From: Octopus bimaculoides
Lineage: Eukaryota
Direction: 5' to 3'
DNA length: 63,855 bases
Assembly: GCF_001194135.2 (NCBI RefSeq)
Contig: NC_069004.1
Location: forward strand, 7,958,408 to 8,022,262
Shown: positions 1 through 14,238 of the stretch, in pieces
Position numbering within the stretch: the first letter of the stretch is position 1
How the letters are laid out: the number at the start of each line of letters is the position of its first letter
The notes under the pieces: model-generated
Database searches by the model: none
Seen by the model: only the letters and a program-made list of their open reading frames with translations
What the model was told of the DNA's origin: nothing
Made by a program: the position numbers and the translations under genes

Positions 1-94
1 AAAAAAAGAATTGTATAAAAGACAAAAGAAGAGTTTTTGTTACATTAGGTTATAATGCTTTAACTGTGCTGACAGAGGAAGTAAAAATATTATT

Positions 95-255
<161 letters not shown>

Positions 256-619
256 CACACATACTTACATATCCATTAACAAGTCAAAATCTTTCTGTGT
301 ATTTCTGTCGCTTCTTCTACTAGTACGGTTAGTCAATGAAATATCTAAGAAGTCTTCTATTCTCCATTATATTCTTTCATTCTTATATTCTTTTGACATC
401 GTATCATTTTGTTGCATTCATATAAACCACGTGTAACTGCACTGTCTCAATACCTGCTAAGTCACTCGATAGGATGGAGAATATACAACAGATTCAACTG
501 TATATGTGTACGTTTACGTCTGTGTATGTGTGAGTATATAAGCATGCATACATACATTCATTCATACATACATACACACACACACATACATACATACATA
601 CATGCATACATGCATACAT

Positions 620-795
620 ACAAGACACTTGCCCATGGTGCCACGTTGTGGTTCTGAACCTGAATCAATATGTGGGGCGAAGCTGGCTTCTTAACTGCAA
701 AGCTGTGTCTACAATTATATATTCTATTATTCCTTTATTGGTTTCAGTTATTTGAGTGCGGCCATGCTGGAGGACCGCCTTGATGTTTAAAGCTG
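620..795 (-). mobile_element. Fragments of SINE family B (tRNA-like head remnant plus tail)
   Basis: 'gacacttgcccatggtgccacg' and 'gtttcagttatttgagtgcggccatgctggaggaccgcctt' match the fuller copy at 26.8-27.2 kb. Confidence 0.7.
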
Positions 796-929
796 AGGCT
801 AAGTTCAAATACTTTTAGTACCATACCTAGTGTACTTGTGCTGTTTTTCAAAAAGGGTTAAAAAAGTTCTTACATTATACAACATAGTACTTTATACTAA
901 AAAAAAGATATAATAAATAACATACAGTT

Positions 930-1130
930 CTAAATCAAAGCTGGACCTCTTCCTGTCGAGATTCCCAGATGAACCTATCTCACGGCAAGAGGTGCAAACG
1001 AGGGTAACTACATCAAACTCCATTCTTCACCAAGTGCCACATATTGGAGGAGGCTCTCAGTAATAACAGTGTAGCAAAACGGCGGTGCATCAGCATGGCC
1101 GCAGCTCTGAGCAGAAGCTACAGAGAAAAG
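930..1130 (+). mobile_element. 3' end fragment of a CR1/L2-like LINE
   Basis: The + frame reads SKLDLFLSRFPDEPISRQEVQTRVTTSNSILHQ, resembling the LD.FL..PDEP...SNS C-terminus of CR1/L2-type ORF2. The clade assignment is from memory. Confidence 0.5.
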
Positions 1131-1673
1131 AAAACTTCTTAGTTTCCTTTAATTATTACCACAACAACTACAAGAATTACAACAACATCAATAGCAATAA
1201 CAATTTCAGTAAGTATCAATCATAGAAGACTTTTCTTCAGCACGTTGTGTTTAATACTTTAAGGAGTTTGCGTTCGTAAATCATCAAATCCTCGTTGAAG
1301 GATCTTATTTCCAAACGTATATGTATATCTGGCAATGCAGCAATATATATCATTCTCTCTGGCAACACGCAAACAATTCAAGCTATTTATGACCAATGAA
1401 TGCCGTAAAGAGATAGTCGGCCATGTTTATTCATTTCCGCTAAAGCATTCCGCCATGACCTTTTCATCGACATATTATATCTGGCTGTCTGTAGGCCTGT
1501 TTTATTTGTCAGTTTCTCTATCTGTCTGCGTGTCTTTCTATATGTGTATCTGTCTGTTACCAATGTTCTTTTTGAATTGCTTCATATTCTTTTCCGTTCC
1601 TTTACAAACATTCATGTGTGCGCGATCGGGTATATTACATGCATATATATACACGTGTATGTACGTAGGTATG

Positions 1674-1721
<48 letters not shown>

Positions 1722-2132
1722 NNNNNNNNNNNNNNNNNNNNNNNNNNNNNNNNNNNNNNNNNNNNNNNNNNNNNNNNNNNNNNNNNNNNNNNNNNNNNNN
1801 NNNNNNNNNNNNNNNNNNNNNNNNNNNNNNNNNNNNNNNNNNNNNNNNNNNNNNNNNNNNNNNNNNNNNNNNNNNNNNNNNNNNNNNNNNNNNNNNNNNN
1901 NNNNNNNNNNNNNNNNNNNNNNNNNNNNNNNNNNNNNNNNNNNNNNNNNNNNNNNNNNNNNNNNNNNNNNNNNNNNNNNNNNNNNNNNNNNNNNNNNNNN
2001 NNNNNNNNNNNNNNNNNNNNNNNNNNNNNNNNNNNNNNNNNNNNNNNNNNNNNNNNNNNNNNNNNNNNNNNNNNNNNNNNNNNNNNNNNNNNNNNNNNNN
2101 NNNNNNNNNNNNNNNNNNNNNNNNNNNNNNNN

Positions 2133-2178
<46 letters not shown>

Positions 2179-2724
2179 CTGACTCGCATATTCTTGAAAT
2201 CACACAGAGTGTGAATGTTCGTGTCTGAGCGATAAAGAAAACGAGACAAATACCTATAGTCTTTTTTTCTTTTCTTGCGACAGCAACACAATATAATCGA
2301 TGAATACAATGGAAGAATTCATGTAGAAGCAAAAACACCAAACAAAGAAATATAAATATAAATACATTACAATAAAGAACAATGAAATACAATACATGAT
2401 TATGTTGAAGGGGGAAAAAAAAAACCAATGAAGAAAACGCACGTCTATTCCCAAAGACTGCACAGAAAGGAATTAAAAGCGAAATAAAAGACAATCGTAA
2501 AATGATTTAAAGGCATTCTTCTTCAGAAATGCATTAATGAAGAGGAAATTATTCTTGGTGCTAATGCTCTTGTTATCGTGTTTCACAGTTGCCAAATATT
2601 CTACCATTCATTGTTAAAAATTGCAAAATGTATCTATAAAACGTACATGGATATCGAGCAATAGTCTTCTTCTCCGCATTGTGCCGCCGCAGTATCATTG
2701 GTTTCTATGTGATATAAAACGATG

Positions 2725-2797
<73 letters not shown>

Positions 2798-3239
2798 NNN
2801 NNNNNNNNNNNNNNNNNNNNNNNNNNNNNNNNNNNNNNNNNNNNNNNNNNNNNNNNNNNNNNNNNNNNNNNNNNNNNNNNNNNNNNNNNNNNNNNNNNNN
2901 NNNNNNNNNNNNNNNNNNNNNNNNNNNNNNNNNNNNNNNNNNNNNNNNNNNNNNNNNNNNNNNNNNNNNNNNNNNNNNNNNNNNNNNNNNNNNNNNNNNN
3001 NNNNNNNNNNNNNNNNNNNNNNNNNNNNNNNNNNNNNNNNNNNNNNNNNNNNNNNNNNNNNNNNNNNNNNNNNNNNNNNNNNNNNNNNNNNNNNNNNNNN
3101 NNNNNNNNNNNNNNNNNNNNNNNNNNNNNNNNNNNNNNNNNNNNNNNNNNNNNNNNNNNNNNNNNNNNNNNNNNNNNNNNNNNNNNNNNNNNNNNNNNNN
3201 NNNNNNNNNNNNNNNNNNTATATACTCAAATTTTACTCT

Positions 3240-3445
3240 ATTGCTTGTATCAGTCATTTGACTGCGGCCATGCCGGAGCCCCTCCTTTAGTCGAATAATT
3301 CGACCCCAGAGCTTATTCTTTGTAAGCCTAGCATTTATCTAATCGTTCTCTTTTGCTGAACCACTAGATTACGGTGACGTAGACACACCAACATCGATTG
3401 TCAATCGATGATGGGGGGCGGGGACAAACACAAACACACAAACAT
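3240..3445 (-). mobile_element. SINE family B, tail half
   Basis: 'tcagtcatttgactgcggccatgccggagc...gaccccagagcttattctttgtaagcctag' is shared with the copies at 26830 and 49500. Confidence 0.85.
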
Positions 3446-3960
3446 ATACACTCATCCCGTAGCATACCAGTCGCAAATTCTCTGTCTTCCAAGCATTACT
3501 CACTATGTATATATATATATATATATAAGCACAGGCACACATACATATGCATATATGTGCGCGCACGCACACGAGTGTGTGTGTGTGTGTGTGTAAAGTA
3601 GGTGTGAAAATCAAATATTATTACGTTCTAAATAAAAGTAATTTACACATGAAATCAAGTAATAAATTTATTTTATTTTAGTTAGAGGTGTTATTGTAAA
3701 GAGAAGTCTTTCTAGATTGAGATGTTGTTACAGGAAGAAAAGAGAGGCATTTAAACTTCTGTTGCTGTATGATGTCCATTTTACATGTCTACAGCAAAAT
3801 ACTTAATGCATGACAAATGCGACATTGGCACACTTTGTGTGCACTTTTATCGTTCGATAATTCAGAATTGTCGATAGGCATTAGATTAGAAAACCTACAC
3901 AAACACCGATACTCACACATGCATATACATGTATATACACATACACACACACACACACAC

Positions 3961-4030
<70 letters not shown>

Positions 4031-5222
4031 CATATGAATATATGAATATATATATGTATGTATATATATGTGTGTGTGAATATATGAATATATATATATA
4101 TAAATGATGAAGAACTAGGGACCTTCTGTTTTTATTTCCCGTGCTGTCGTATACTCAGTATGTGTTATGTCGTTTTTTTATTTACCATTAATTTGTTTTC
4201 ATTTATTCATAGAACGCAACGCGCACTAAATTTGTATTAATATTAATAAGCAGGTTTTTTACATACCCGTGTGACTCTCTCTCTCTCTCTATCTCTATCT
4301 CTCTCTCTCTCTCTTTCTCTTTCTCTTTCTCAGAAGAGGCATTGAACGCGCTGTTTTCTGATTGGCTGAAAATTCTGAAAATTGTCAGACATTCAACACC
4401 TGTAAGATTTTCGCAAAATATTTCGGAATAAATAACAAATTCGGATTCAGCGTCAAAAATTACATCTACATGATACGTTAATTTTTTTTTTAATTTCCCA
4501 CATGCAGTGACGAATACCACAAAGATCCTAGATTTTTTCTCGACTGTTAAGACCCCTTCTCATGGCAAACGACTCAATCAGCTCCTGACAACTGAGTCCA
4601 ACTCCAGTCTCGTAACGTGACTTAACCTCTAAGTGCAGAGCGAGTGTTTGTACGGAAAAGTGATGACGGACGAGGGTCCTGGTGCTTCGGTGTACTTGGA
4701 AATAGTAGTGCAGTTCATCTAAGAGACGACAAACCCTCACTTAAACATCTGCTGCCTTGTGGTGATACTCACGCATTATGGAGGTGGCGCTGAGGTTTCG
4801 GAAGTGAAATCCCGGTCTCTAAGACATTCCACCAGTGTTTCCGAATTGTTCCAGCAGCTTCTGCAACAAATCTGGTGCCAAATTAAACCTATTTTTTTTC
4901 CTCTGCCCCGTATTAAAAATGTACAGGTCAACGGAGACAACTTACACCTAGCATACAACCTGTACGGAGGACTTCACTTTACAAAGGACCCAGTAGCATC
5001 GCATCACTGCGATACCAGCTTTTGATTCATATTAACCAAGAGTGCACATGCGCAACAACAATTTAACTTGACATTCACGAAGGTTTCATTGTTGTAATGG
5101 CATTTGGGCGTCAACTATTTCCCAAGATTTATTCTCTGCTATTTCGAGATAATGATAACTCTACCTTTTGGTTTGTGGACATAGGCACACACACATAAAC
5201 ACAAATACTCAGGCACACACAC

Positions 5223-5270
<48 letters not shown>

Positions 5271-6084
5271 NNNNNNNNNNNNNNNNNNNNNNNNNNNNNN
5301 NNNNNNNNNNNNNNNNNNNNNNNNNNNNNNNNNNNNNNNNNNNNNNNNNNNNNNNNNNNNNNNNNNNNNNNNNNNNNNNNNNNNNNNNNNNNNNNNNNNN
5401 NNNNNNNNNNNNNNNNNNNNNNNNNNNNNNNNNNNNNNNNNNNNNNNNNNNNNNNNNNNNNNNNNNNNNNNNNNNNNNNNNNNNNNNNNNNNNNNNNNNN
5501 NNNNNNNNNNNNNNNNNNNNNNNNNNNNNNNNNNNNNNNNNNNNNNNNNNNNNNNNNNNNNNNNNNNNNNNNNNNNNNNNNNNNNNNNNNNNNNNNNNNN
5601 NNNNNNNNNNNNNNNNNNNNNNNNNNNNNNNNNNNNNNNNNNNNNNNNNNNNNNNNNNNNNNNNNNNNNNNNNNNNNNNNNNNNNNNNNNNNNNNNNNNN
5701 NNNNNNNNNNNNNNNNNNNNNNNNNNNNNNNNNNNNNNNNNNNNNNNNNNNNNNNNNNNNNNNNNNNNNNNNNNNNNNNNNNNNNNNNNNNNNNNNNNNN
5801 NNNNNNNNNNNNNNNNNNNNNNNNNNNNNNNNNNNNNNNNNNNNNNNNNNNNNNNNNNNNNNNNNNNNNNNNNNNNNNNNNNNNNNNNNNNNNNNNNNNN
5901 NNNNNNNNNNNNNNNNNNNNNNNNNNNNNNNNNNNNNNNNNNNNNNNNNNNNNNNNNNNNNNNNNNTATATATATATATATATATATTCTGCTTCAACAT
6001 ACAGATGAGGTGCCGGAGTAATTTATACGTTGCTTAGTATATATGGTTTGTGTTGTGTGTGTGTTTGTGTGTGTGTGTGTCTCT

Positions 6085-6435
6085 CTCCTATCCTGCTCAC
6101 AGCCACGCTTAGCACCTTACCTCTCATTTCAATTGCTGTAAACATCCGCAATGCCGACCGAGCAAAGAATCCCCTACAGTCAATCTCGACTGAGAAAAGC
6201 CATGCCTGCCATCCCTTCTCGCTGCAATCCTGCAGAAGGCTGTCATATCTGGCATGCTTCCGTTGTTGGGCCTCATCACACTCACTCCTCTTTCCACGGA
6301 ACTGTTAGCTCAATTACGATAATTTTATTGACATTTTCAGACGACAGGACCACATCTGGCTTCATATGGACAACATGGGGAACCTGCGATCTCTCCCAGA
6401 AGTCCACTTTCATATCCCATGATTGAGGTCCTTGC
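6085..6435 (-). mobile_element. HERO-like non-LTR retrotransposon, restriction-like endonuclease (RLE) domain fragment
   Basis: Minus strand, one frameshift: MKVDFWERSQVPHVVHMKPDVVLSSENVNKIIVIELTVPWKEE / CDEAQQRKHARYDSLLQDCSEKGWQAWLFSVEIDCRGF. This carries the PD...ELTVPW...RK.RY..GW...VE.GCRGF pattern of HERO-type RLE domains. Confidence 0.8.
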
Positions 6436-6735
6436 AGTAACCTATGCATTGTTTTTGTTGACTTTACAAGTTTCTCTCTCTAAAGGGGGATAATCAAAAG
6501 TATCCAGAATTTTGTAATATTATTCCATTTACTTAGTTTTACATGTTTAAACTTTTATCGCCTTCAAAATAGGGAGGGTTGACGATGAAGGAGTAGGTGG
6601 GTATGAGAGAAGAGATAAAGAGAGTAAGAGAGAAGAGAGAAGAGAGAAAGAGAGTAGGGGTGATGAGAAGTAGGAATGGAGAGAAGTAGGAGTCGGAGCA
6701 AGAGAGGAGAGGTGTATGGGAGGAATTAGGAGGGA

Positions 6736-6900
6736 GAGGGAGAGGAGAGAGAGGGAGAGGAGAGAGAGGGAGAGGAGAGAGAGGGAGAGGAGAGAGAGGG
6801 AGAGGAGAGAGAGGGAGAGGAGAGAGAGGGAGAGGAGAGAGAGGGAGAGGAGAGAGAGGGAGAGGAGAGAGAGGGAGAGGAGAGAGAGGGAGAGGAGAGA
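6736..6900. repeat. 15-bp pure-purine tandem repeat (GAGGGAGAGGAGAGA) x about 11
   Basis: Read directly; near-perfect copies. Confidence 0.95.
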
Positions 6901-8000
6901 GAGGCAGAGAGGCAAGGGGAGGAGGTTAGATGAAGTGGGGAGGAGAGTTGAGCCCATGTGGCGCAAAGGAGCGAAAGCAAAAAACAATATTGTTATAGTT
7001 GACTGGGGAGATTTCGTTAATGATTGATGGAATGTAGGAGCCATTGATATGGCACCAAATATATTCTTGCATCTGCCAAATTACACAAGAAAATAATATG
7101 GAAATAACACAAAAACATCGCTAATATTTTGCTTCTCTCTCTCTTACTACTATTTCTAACCAATATTTTACTGAGCTAAATGACCTACTAACCGACTTGA
7201 CATTATTTTTCCAACGAAAGTATTTCGGTGTTGATTAGAAGACGCTTCGATAATCGAAAAATGATTTAAGAGACTTCAGCCAAATTTTACGTTCATATGT
7301 CTTATAGAAATAATAGCCAACTCCGCCATCATGTACGTAATTATCTCAAGTTCTCTTATCTTATATAGATGTGGCTAAATAAATATCATTTCCATAATTT
7401 ATTGTTGATATCTAATCTAATTATATCTTCGTTGAAAGCAGATAGATCTATGAGAAATATAATTAGCAAATGTGACGATCTTGTTGTTTGATTGAGTATT
7501 TTTTCATATTTATAGATGTCTGTATACATCCATCCATCCATCCATCCATCCGCCCACAATTTTTGGTCCACCCGAATCTATAGTAGAATGCCCAAGGTGC
7601 ATTCCATATAAATAAGAATGAGTCTGCCTGTCTGTATGTGTATGTGCATCACTAAACTCGGGAACTACCCAACTGATTTCATTCAAATTTTATACATACA
7701 CTACTTAGGATCCATGGAGTGTCATGGGCCCAAAAGAGTTTTAACGTTCTGCCTAATGCGAGCCCGGAGCAATGTCTTACACTGTTTCGGTATTACGTGT
7801 CAAAAGTGAAAAAATAACATCTCTATTGTAATGTGAGATAACAGTTTCAGTTTAAATAGTTTCACAATTAATTCTTTCACTATGTATATAATACATACAT
7901 AGTGAAACTATTACATAGTGACATATGTAATACATAGTGACATTATTAATAATGAAACTATTATCTCACATTACATATATACATGCATACTTACACACAC

Positions 8001-8061
<61 letters not shown>

Positions 8062-8884
8062 NNNNNNNNNNNNNNNNNNNNNNNNNNNNNNNNNNNNNNN
8101 NNNNNNNNNNNNNNNNNNNNNNNNNNNNNNNNNNNNNNNNNNNNNNNNNNNNNNNNNNNNNNNNNNNNNNNNNNNNNNNNNNNNNNNNNNNNNNNNNNNN
8201 NNNNNNNNNNNNNNNNNNNNNNNNNNNNNNNNNNNNNNNNNNNNNNNNNNNNNNNNNNNNNNNNNNNNNNNNNNNNNNNNNNNNNNNNNNNNNNNNNNNN
8301 NNNNNNNNNNNNNNNNNNNNNNNNNNNNNNNNNNNNNNNNNNNNNNNNNNNNNNNNNNNNNNNNNNNNNNNNNNNNNNNNNNNNNNNNNNNNNNNNNNNN
8401 NNNNNNNNNNNNNNNNNNNNNNNNNNNNNNNNNNNNNNNNNNNNNNNNNNNNNNNNNNNNNNNNNNNNNNNNNNNNNNNNNNNNNNNNNNNNNNNNNNNN
8501 NNNNNNNNNNNNNNNNNNNNNNNNNNNNNNNNNNNNNNNNNNNNNNNNNNNNNNNNNNNNNNNNNNNNNNNNNNNNNNNNNNNNNNNNNNNNNNNNNNNN
8601 NNNNNNNNNNNNNNNNNNNNNNNNNNNNNNNNNNNNNNNNNNNNNNNNNNNNNNNNNNNNNNNNNNNNNNNNNNNNNNNNTATATATATATATATATATA
8701 TATATTATGTGTGTGTGTTTATATTGGAAAGGTTGCAAGACGCAACGAGATTTTAGAAAAATTAAAAAAAGGAATAAGTGGAAATTTTACCGGTGATTGT
8801 GTTGAATTATAAGGCACTAAAAGAGTATATAAATATTCACACACACATATATGTGTATGTGTATTTGTGTGTGTATGTGTGTGT

Positions 8885-8928
<44 letters not shown>

Positions 8929-9002
8929 ATGTGTGTAAGTATGTATGGATGTATATATGTGTATATATATCTGCACATATATATGTATGTATATATATGT
9001 AT

Positions 9003-9049
<47 letters not shown>

Positions 9050-10365
9050 TTGATATTCATATGACAGGATGTGTTGAAGTCAACCATCATCCTCCCTCAC
9101 GTTTTTATCTGATCGTTTCCGTGCTAAGTGTGTGTATTTTTCTTGCACTTGTTCGACATAGAGATGGAAAATGAGGGAGAGAACGTAAGAGAGTATGAAG
9201 TGCGAGGGACAAGAGAGAGTGAGAGAGAGAAAGAGAAGAAGTGGAATGAGTAGCGAATGAGAAAGAAGAATGAGAATGTAAAAGAGGTGAGAGTGATACA
9301 AGAGAAAGAGGGAGAGATGACATTTCACTTGTATAGCAATATATGTTGGTAGAAAACAGTATTCATCTCGATTATATTCCCTTTCAATGAAAGATTTGCT
9401 GTTTAACCAGACGTAAAGTATTTATTTTCCAGCAGTTTGTGTAACAGAACATCATATCCACTAAATAATACTTTGAATTAATCTAGCATAAAGTCGTAAA
9501 TGCAATGATCAGCTAGTGTGGTCATATAAATTTAAAGGATCACTGCGATTGAAGTAATAGTCAGATTGTATGCACATTCATTACGTTACTGACAAAAGAC
9601 TAGAATGATTTCTCTATCTAATATATTATATATAAGATTTTGTATATAAACTGGAAATGAGATTCACGCACAAGCTGTTCATTATAATGCAACGTCATAA
9701 CGACGGCAAGTTAAGATCTATTGTGAAAGTGAAAGAGAAATTATGGTAAGCAATAAAAATTTCTCAGTTTACCAACTGATAAATGGAAATTTTAATAATG
9801 AAAGTTCGTCAACCAGAAACTACACGGAGTTATCAGAGAAAGCACAGAGAAAGCTTATAATAACACTCAATACGTGCACATACACAGAGGAAATACGAAT
9901 CGTTAGGCAAGCCTTTACGGAGTCGTTCAATCAGCTAGAAAGTACAGTTAAATCTCTCTCTCTCACATTATATCTTACATTTTACCGACCGTTTTAGGTA
10001 AGAAAGATGCATCGAATAACGTAGTATAAGAAAATAGTTTGATCCAGGCTGGAATAATTTAGTCATATTTCTATATAACCAAGATTGAGTTAGAGAAAAA
10101 CAACAACAGTCGTTTCAGCAACAACAACAATAACAGCTACAACATAACTGTGTCGAAGATCGTTATAACAACACGTGAATTACAGTTAATTAGAACCAAG
10201 TAAAAGGGTTTTTTTCTACTCTCACTACATCGGAAAAGATCATGTCTTCAGGGATTTCAACGTCTTTCAGCCGATTGGAGTACTATATAATATCGTTATT
10301 TTTATAATGAGTGGGGGGGGGCATTTTTGCGACTTGCCCCGGGCGCAGTTTGCCCTAGCTACGCC

Positions 10366-10404
<39 letters not shown>

Positions 10405-10660
10405 TATAAATCAGTCATTGGCCAGCTGATGGAAACGAATATGAAGCGACGCTATAGTTCACAAAATGCGATATAAAATAAAAATAAAATCAATAATTAC
10501 TAATCAAATAAATATCTAGACACAACAAAGAGAGACCAGAATAACACAGAACTATTTTTAAAGTCACTCTATCTTACACCTAATCCAGACAAACGGGAGA
10601 CACACGTACAAAACTAAATGAATTAACATTAATACTTACACACATATTTTTAATGCTCAC

Positions 10661-10722
10661 CACCCACTTCTATGCCACCATGTCTCAATTTCACCTTATC
10701 TCTATCGTCTAACAAATCAACT
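10661..10722 (-). CDS. Candidate internal exon D (62 nt) of an unidentified gene: (R)VDLLDDRDKVKLRHGGIEVG
   Basis: Preceded by a roughly 34-T tract ending TGCAG and followed by GTGAGC. Only one of three frames is open, and its phase matches candidate exon C. Confidence 0.4.
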
Positions 10723-10724
10723 CT

Positions 10725-10761
<37 letters not shown>

Positions 10762-11214
10762 AAGGAAATAAATAAATAAAAGTAAAATAAACGAAATGCA
10801 AAATAAATATTACAAAAAAGAGGAGAAACACACTTGCTTAACATTTTTCAATGCAGAAATGCCGCCCATCTCTTGATAAAAGTATTTGATATAACGGCTT
10901 GTCAAAAGAATTTCGGAAACGTTGCAGGCTACATCTTACAATTGTTTATTTTCAATCTATCAGAAAACTTGCTTCGTGTAACCATTTAACCTTTACTGCA
11001 ATATCACAATCGCTAAACTGTTTGATGCTGAGTTCCCTTGCTGTTGAATATCATCAGATACAGTATTTAGAGCTAGTTATTATTTTGAGATAACAGCCCT
11101 ATTTTGGAAATTAAAAAACATATCATGTGAAAAGAGGTCATAGTTATTGATGTTTATATTATTGCTGATAATACCCTAAAATCAGGTAGGACCAAACAGG
11201 CTTTCTCTATTGAT

Positions 11215-11620
11215 TTCAGATTTCGGCACGAAGAAGGCCAGCAATTTTGCGTGAGAGGTTAAGTCAATTCCAGTGTTCAACTCCAGTTTTCAGCTGGTAC
11301 TTATTATATCGATCTCGAGGGTTGAAATGTAAAGTCGACCTTGGCGGAATTTGAACTCGGAGCGTAAAGCGCTGTAAGAAATGCTACTATGCATTTCGCC
11401 CGGAGTGCTAGCAACGTTCCAGCGAGCTCCCTACCTTAAAGCAAGCTTTATTATTGATATCAAATTTCGTACAAGGCCAGCAATTTTGGGGAGAGGACAA
11501 GTCAATTTCCTCGACACCAGTGCAAAACTGGTACTTGTATCGACTCGCCAAAGGATGAAATGCAAAGTTGACAGCATTTGAACTCAGAACGCAAAACTGA
11601 TGAAATGCCGTTAAGCATAT
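11215..11620 (-). mobile_element. Two adjacent copies of SINE family A
   Basis: Both contain 'tggtactt...atcga...aaag(tc/tt)gac...gaatttgaactc', the reverse complement of the + copy at 61708. Confidence 0.85.
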
Positions 11621-12476
11621 ACTGGCATATACTTGCACATGCCACCCCTTCCTACTTCCCCCTCTGTCCAACAACCTGACCGACTTCTAGTCTATTTCCT
11701 GTCCTCCACGTGGGCAATTTCTTATTCGCCATGCAGTAATCTCCAGCTAACTGTTAGCCATGTATCTATCAACATCAAACCACGACACCGCGTAACCTTC
11801 CTCGACCAATCGCAGCCCACCTTACCGTAATAACAATCAACTTCTGTCATTTAAATTTAAAATGGCTGACGACTAGCATCGCGCTTGAAACTCAAGATTA
11901 TCAACAAATTTGAATCAAGCTGTTTTGATCCATATATAACTGATTTATTCATTCAATGTCAGGTTTTGCACTAGATATTCTACCCTTGATAGTTTCCTCA
12001 ATCTAATTTTCTGAAATGCTAGTTTTAAAATGTGAACCATTGTCTTCGTTTTGTTCTGTGGTTTCCTTCTATTTACAATCATTTAATAGCATCCTGGAAT
12101 TATAGCGACATTTTTAAACACTGCTGAAATATTGTGTTTGCAAACCATAAAAATTTAATCAATTGTTACATCTATAAATGTTTAACACATCATATTCTCC
12201 ATAGTATGTATGATAAACATTTTATGGTCCATTCAATATTCTGGAAAATAATAACATGGAATACGTATGCAAATGTGAGTTTATACATGCATATATACAT
12301 AGATATAAATATACATACATACATAAATACATACATACACATATACATACATACACACATATATACATACATGCATACTTGCTCATACATATACACACAT
12401 ACATACAGCAAGGCTGCAAGCAATTTATGTCGCATTTGCTACTCTGGAATATGACCAGGTAGATATACATATATGC

Positions 12477-12520
<44 letters not shown>

Positions 12521-12856
12521 NNNNNNNNNNNNNNNNNNNNNNNNNNNNNNNNNNNNNNNNNNNNNNNNNNNNNNNNNNNNNNNNNNNNNNNNNNNNNNNN
12601 NNNNNNNNNNNNNNNNNNNNNNNNNNNNNNNNNNNNNNNNNNNNNNNNNNNNNNNNNNNNNNNNNNNNNNNNNNNNNNNNNNNNNNNNNNNNNNNNNNNN
12701 NNNNNNNNNNNNNNNNNNNNNNNNNNNNNNNNNNNNNNNNNNNNNNNNNNNNNNNNNNNNNNNNNNNNNNNNNNNNNNNNNNNNNNNNNNNNNNNNNNNN
12801 NNNNNNNNNNNNNNNNNNNNNNNNNNNNNNNNTATATATATATATATATATATATA

Positions 12857-13340
12857 TGGAGTAGTAGTTTTACGAAAATAGATCCATTTTCCATCTCTAT
12901 TTACAATTCGATGACCAAATCTTGAATCTCGAGAATTTGCCATCAGTTGCTTACAAATGTCCACACGCCGTTCAGCTTTATCATCGGTCAGTTCATTAGG
13001 GTCTTCTCGACATCGTCTGTTCACAAGGCTGAGTTTAAGGCGCTGTCCACTGATGGTACTGTGTGAAAGACCAAGTTCTACCAACAATGTAATAGTATTT
13101 GTGCTTGACTGTTGTTCAATTGTTTCCAGCGAGGCGTCATCTTCGACAACAGATCTCCCTGACCTTGGTTTGTCTTCGACGCAGGTCAGGTGTCACCTGC
13201 CTTCACTTGTCTGAACCAGTTTTGTGTTACACGTTTGTTGACTATTCCTAGACCTTCCGCATTATTAATTTCTTTTGCCGCTGACCTTGTACTCAGCTAT
13301 CCTTTCGAAAGGCAACATAAAATGGTTGTAATTGCAATTT
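12857..13340 (-). mobile_element. Mariner (Tc1/mariner) transposase pseudogene, N-terminal half; truncated at an assembly gap
   Basis: Minus strand with frameshifts: AAKEINNAEGLGIVNKRVTQNWFRQVKAGDT..EDKPRSGRS (HTH region), then DPNELTDDKAERRVDICKQL..RIVNRDGKWIYF (decayed WVPHEL and TGDEKW motifs). Confidence 0.88.
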
Positions 13341-13584
13341 TATGACCACTTAATATCAAAGTTGCAAAAAATAAAATTTTTTTAACAAGTAATGTTCATA
13401 TAAAAATTAAAAAATGAAACGTTAGCAACGACTCGTCAAGAATTTACATGAAATTAATGATATAATATGGAAATCCGAGTTGCCAAACATCATCAGTGGG
13501 AATTCGAAAAATACATTTGATTGAGCATCGTATATAAATATGTATGGGTGAGTATGTCTGTGTGCGGGTTTATGTATATATTTG

Positions 13585-13652
<68 letters not shown>

Positions 13653-14238
13653 CATATATGTAAACGCACTCATATATATACACATTGAGACGTTTCAGAT
13701 TACATATGACGTACACACGTACACATCTATGTATGTAGGCACATATGCCTCTGTGTGTGTGTGTGNNNNNNNNNNNNNNNNNNNNNNNNNNNNNNNNNNN
13801 NNNNNNNNNNNNNNNNNNNNNNNNNNNNNNNNNNNNNNNNNNNNNNNNNNNNNNNNNNNNNNNNNNNNNNNNNNNNNNNNNNNNNNNNNNNNNNNNNNNN
13901 NNNNNNNNNNNNNNNNNNNNNNNNNNNNNNNNNNNNNNNNNNNNNNNNNNNNNNNNNNNNNNNNNNNNNNNNNNNNNNNNNNNNNNNNNNNNNNNNNNNN
14001 NNNNNNNNNNNNNNNNNNNNNNNNNNNNNNNNNNNNNNNNNNNNNNNNNNNNNNNNNNNNNNNGGGGGGGGGGTATTTGTATGTCTGTGTCAGTGCCTGT
14101 GTGTGAGTGATAATAAAAATGTGTCACGTTGAGGACGATAAGGAAACATGCAGAAAAACATGAAATATAACAAAAATATGCGCGGACATGCTCCATTCCT
14201 CATCCGTTATCGACCAACTTTTATCACTATTTCGATAC

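Noticed and set aside
9743-9997. 84-aa + strand ORF, and a minus-strand exon-like reading LIERLRKGLPNDSYFLC within it
   Set aside because: There is no homology. The minus reading fits the gene model only with an alternative donor, so it was not included.
10726-10759. Poly-A run as the tail of a retroposed element
   Set aside because: No recognisable element lies upstream. It is equally explained as the poly-T acceptor tract of candidate exon D, and I left it unresolved.
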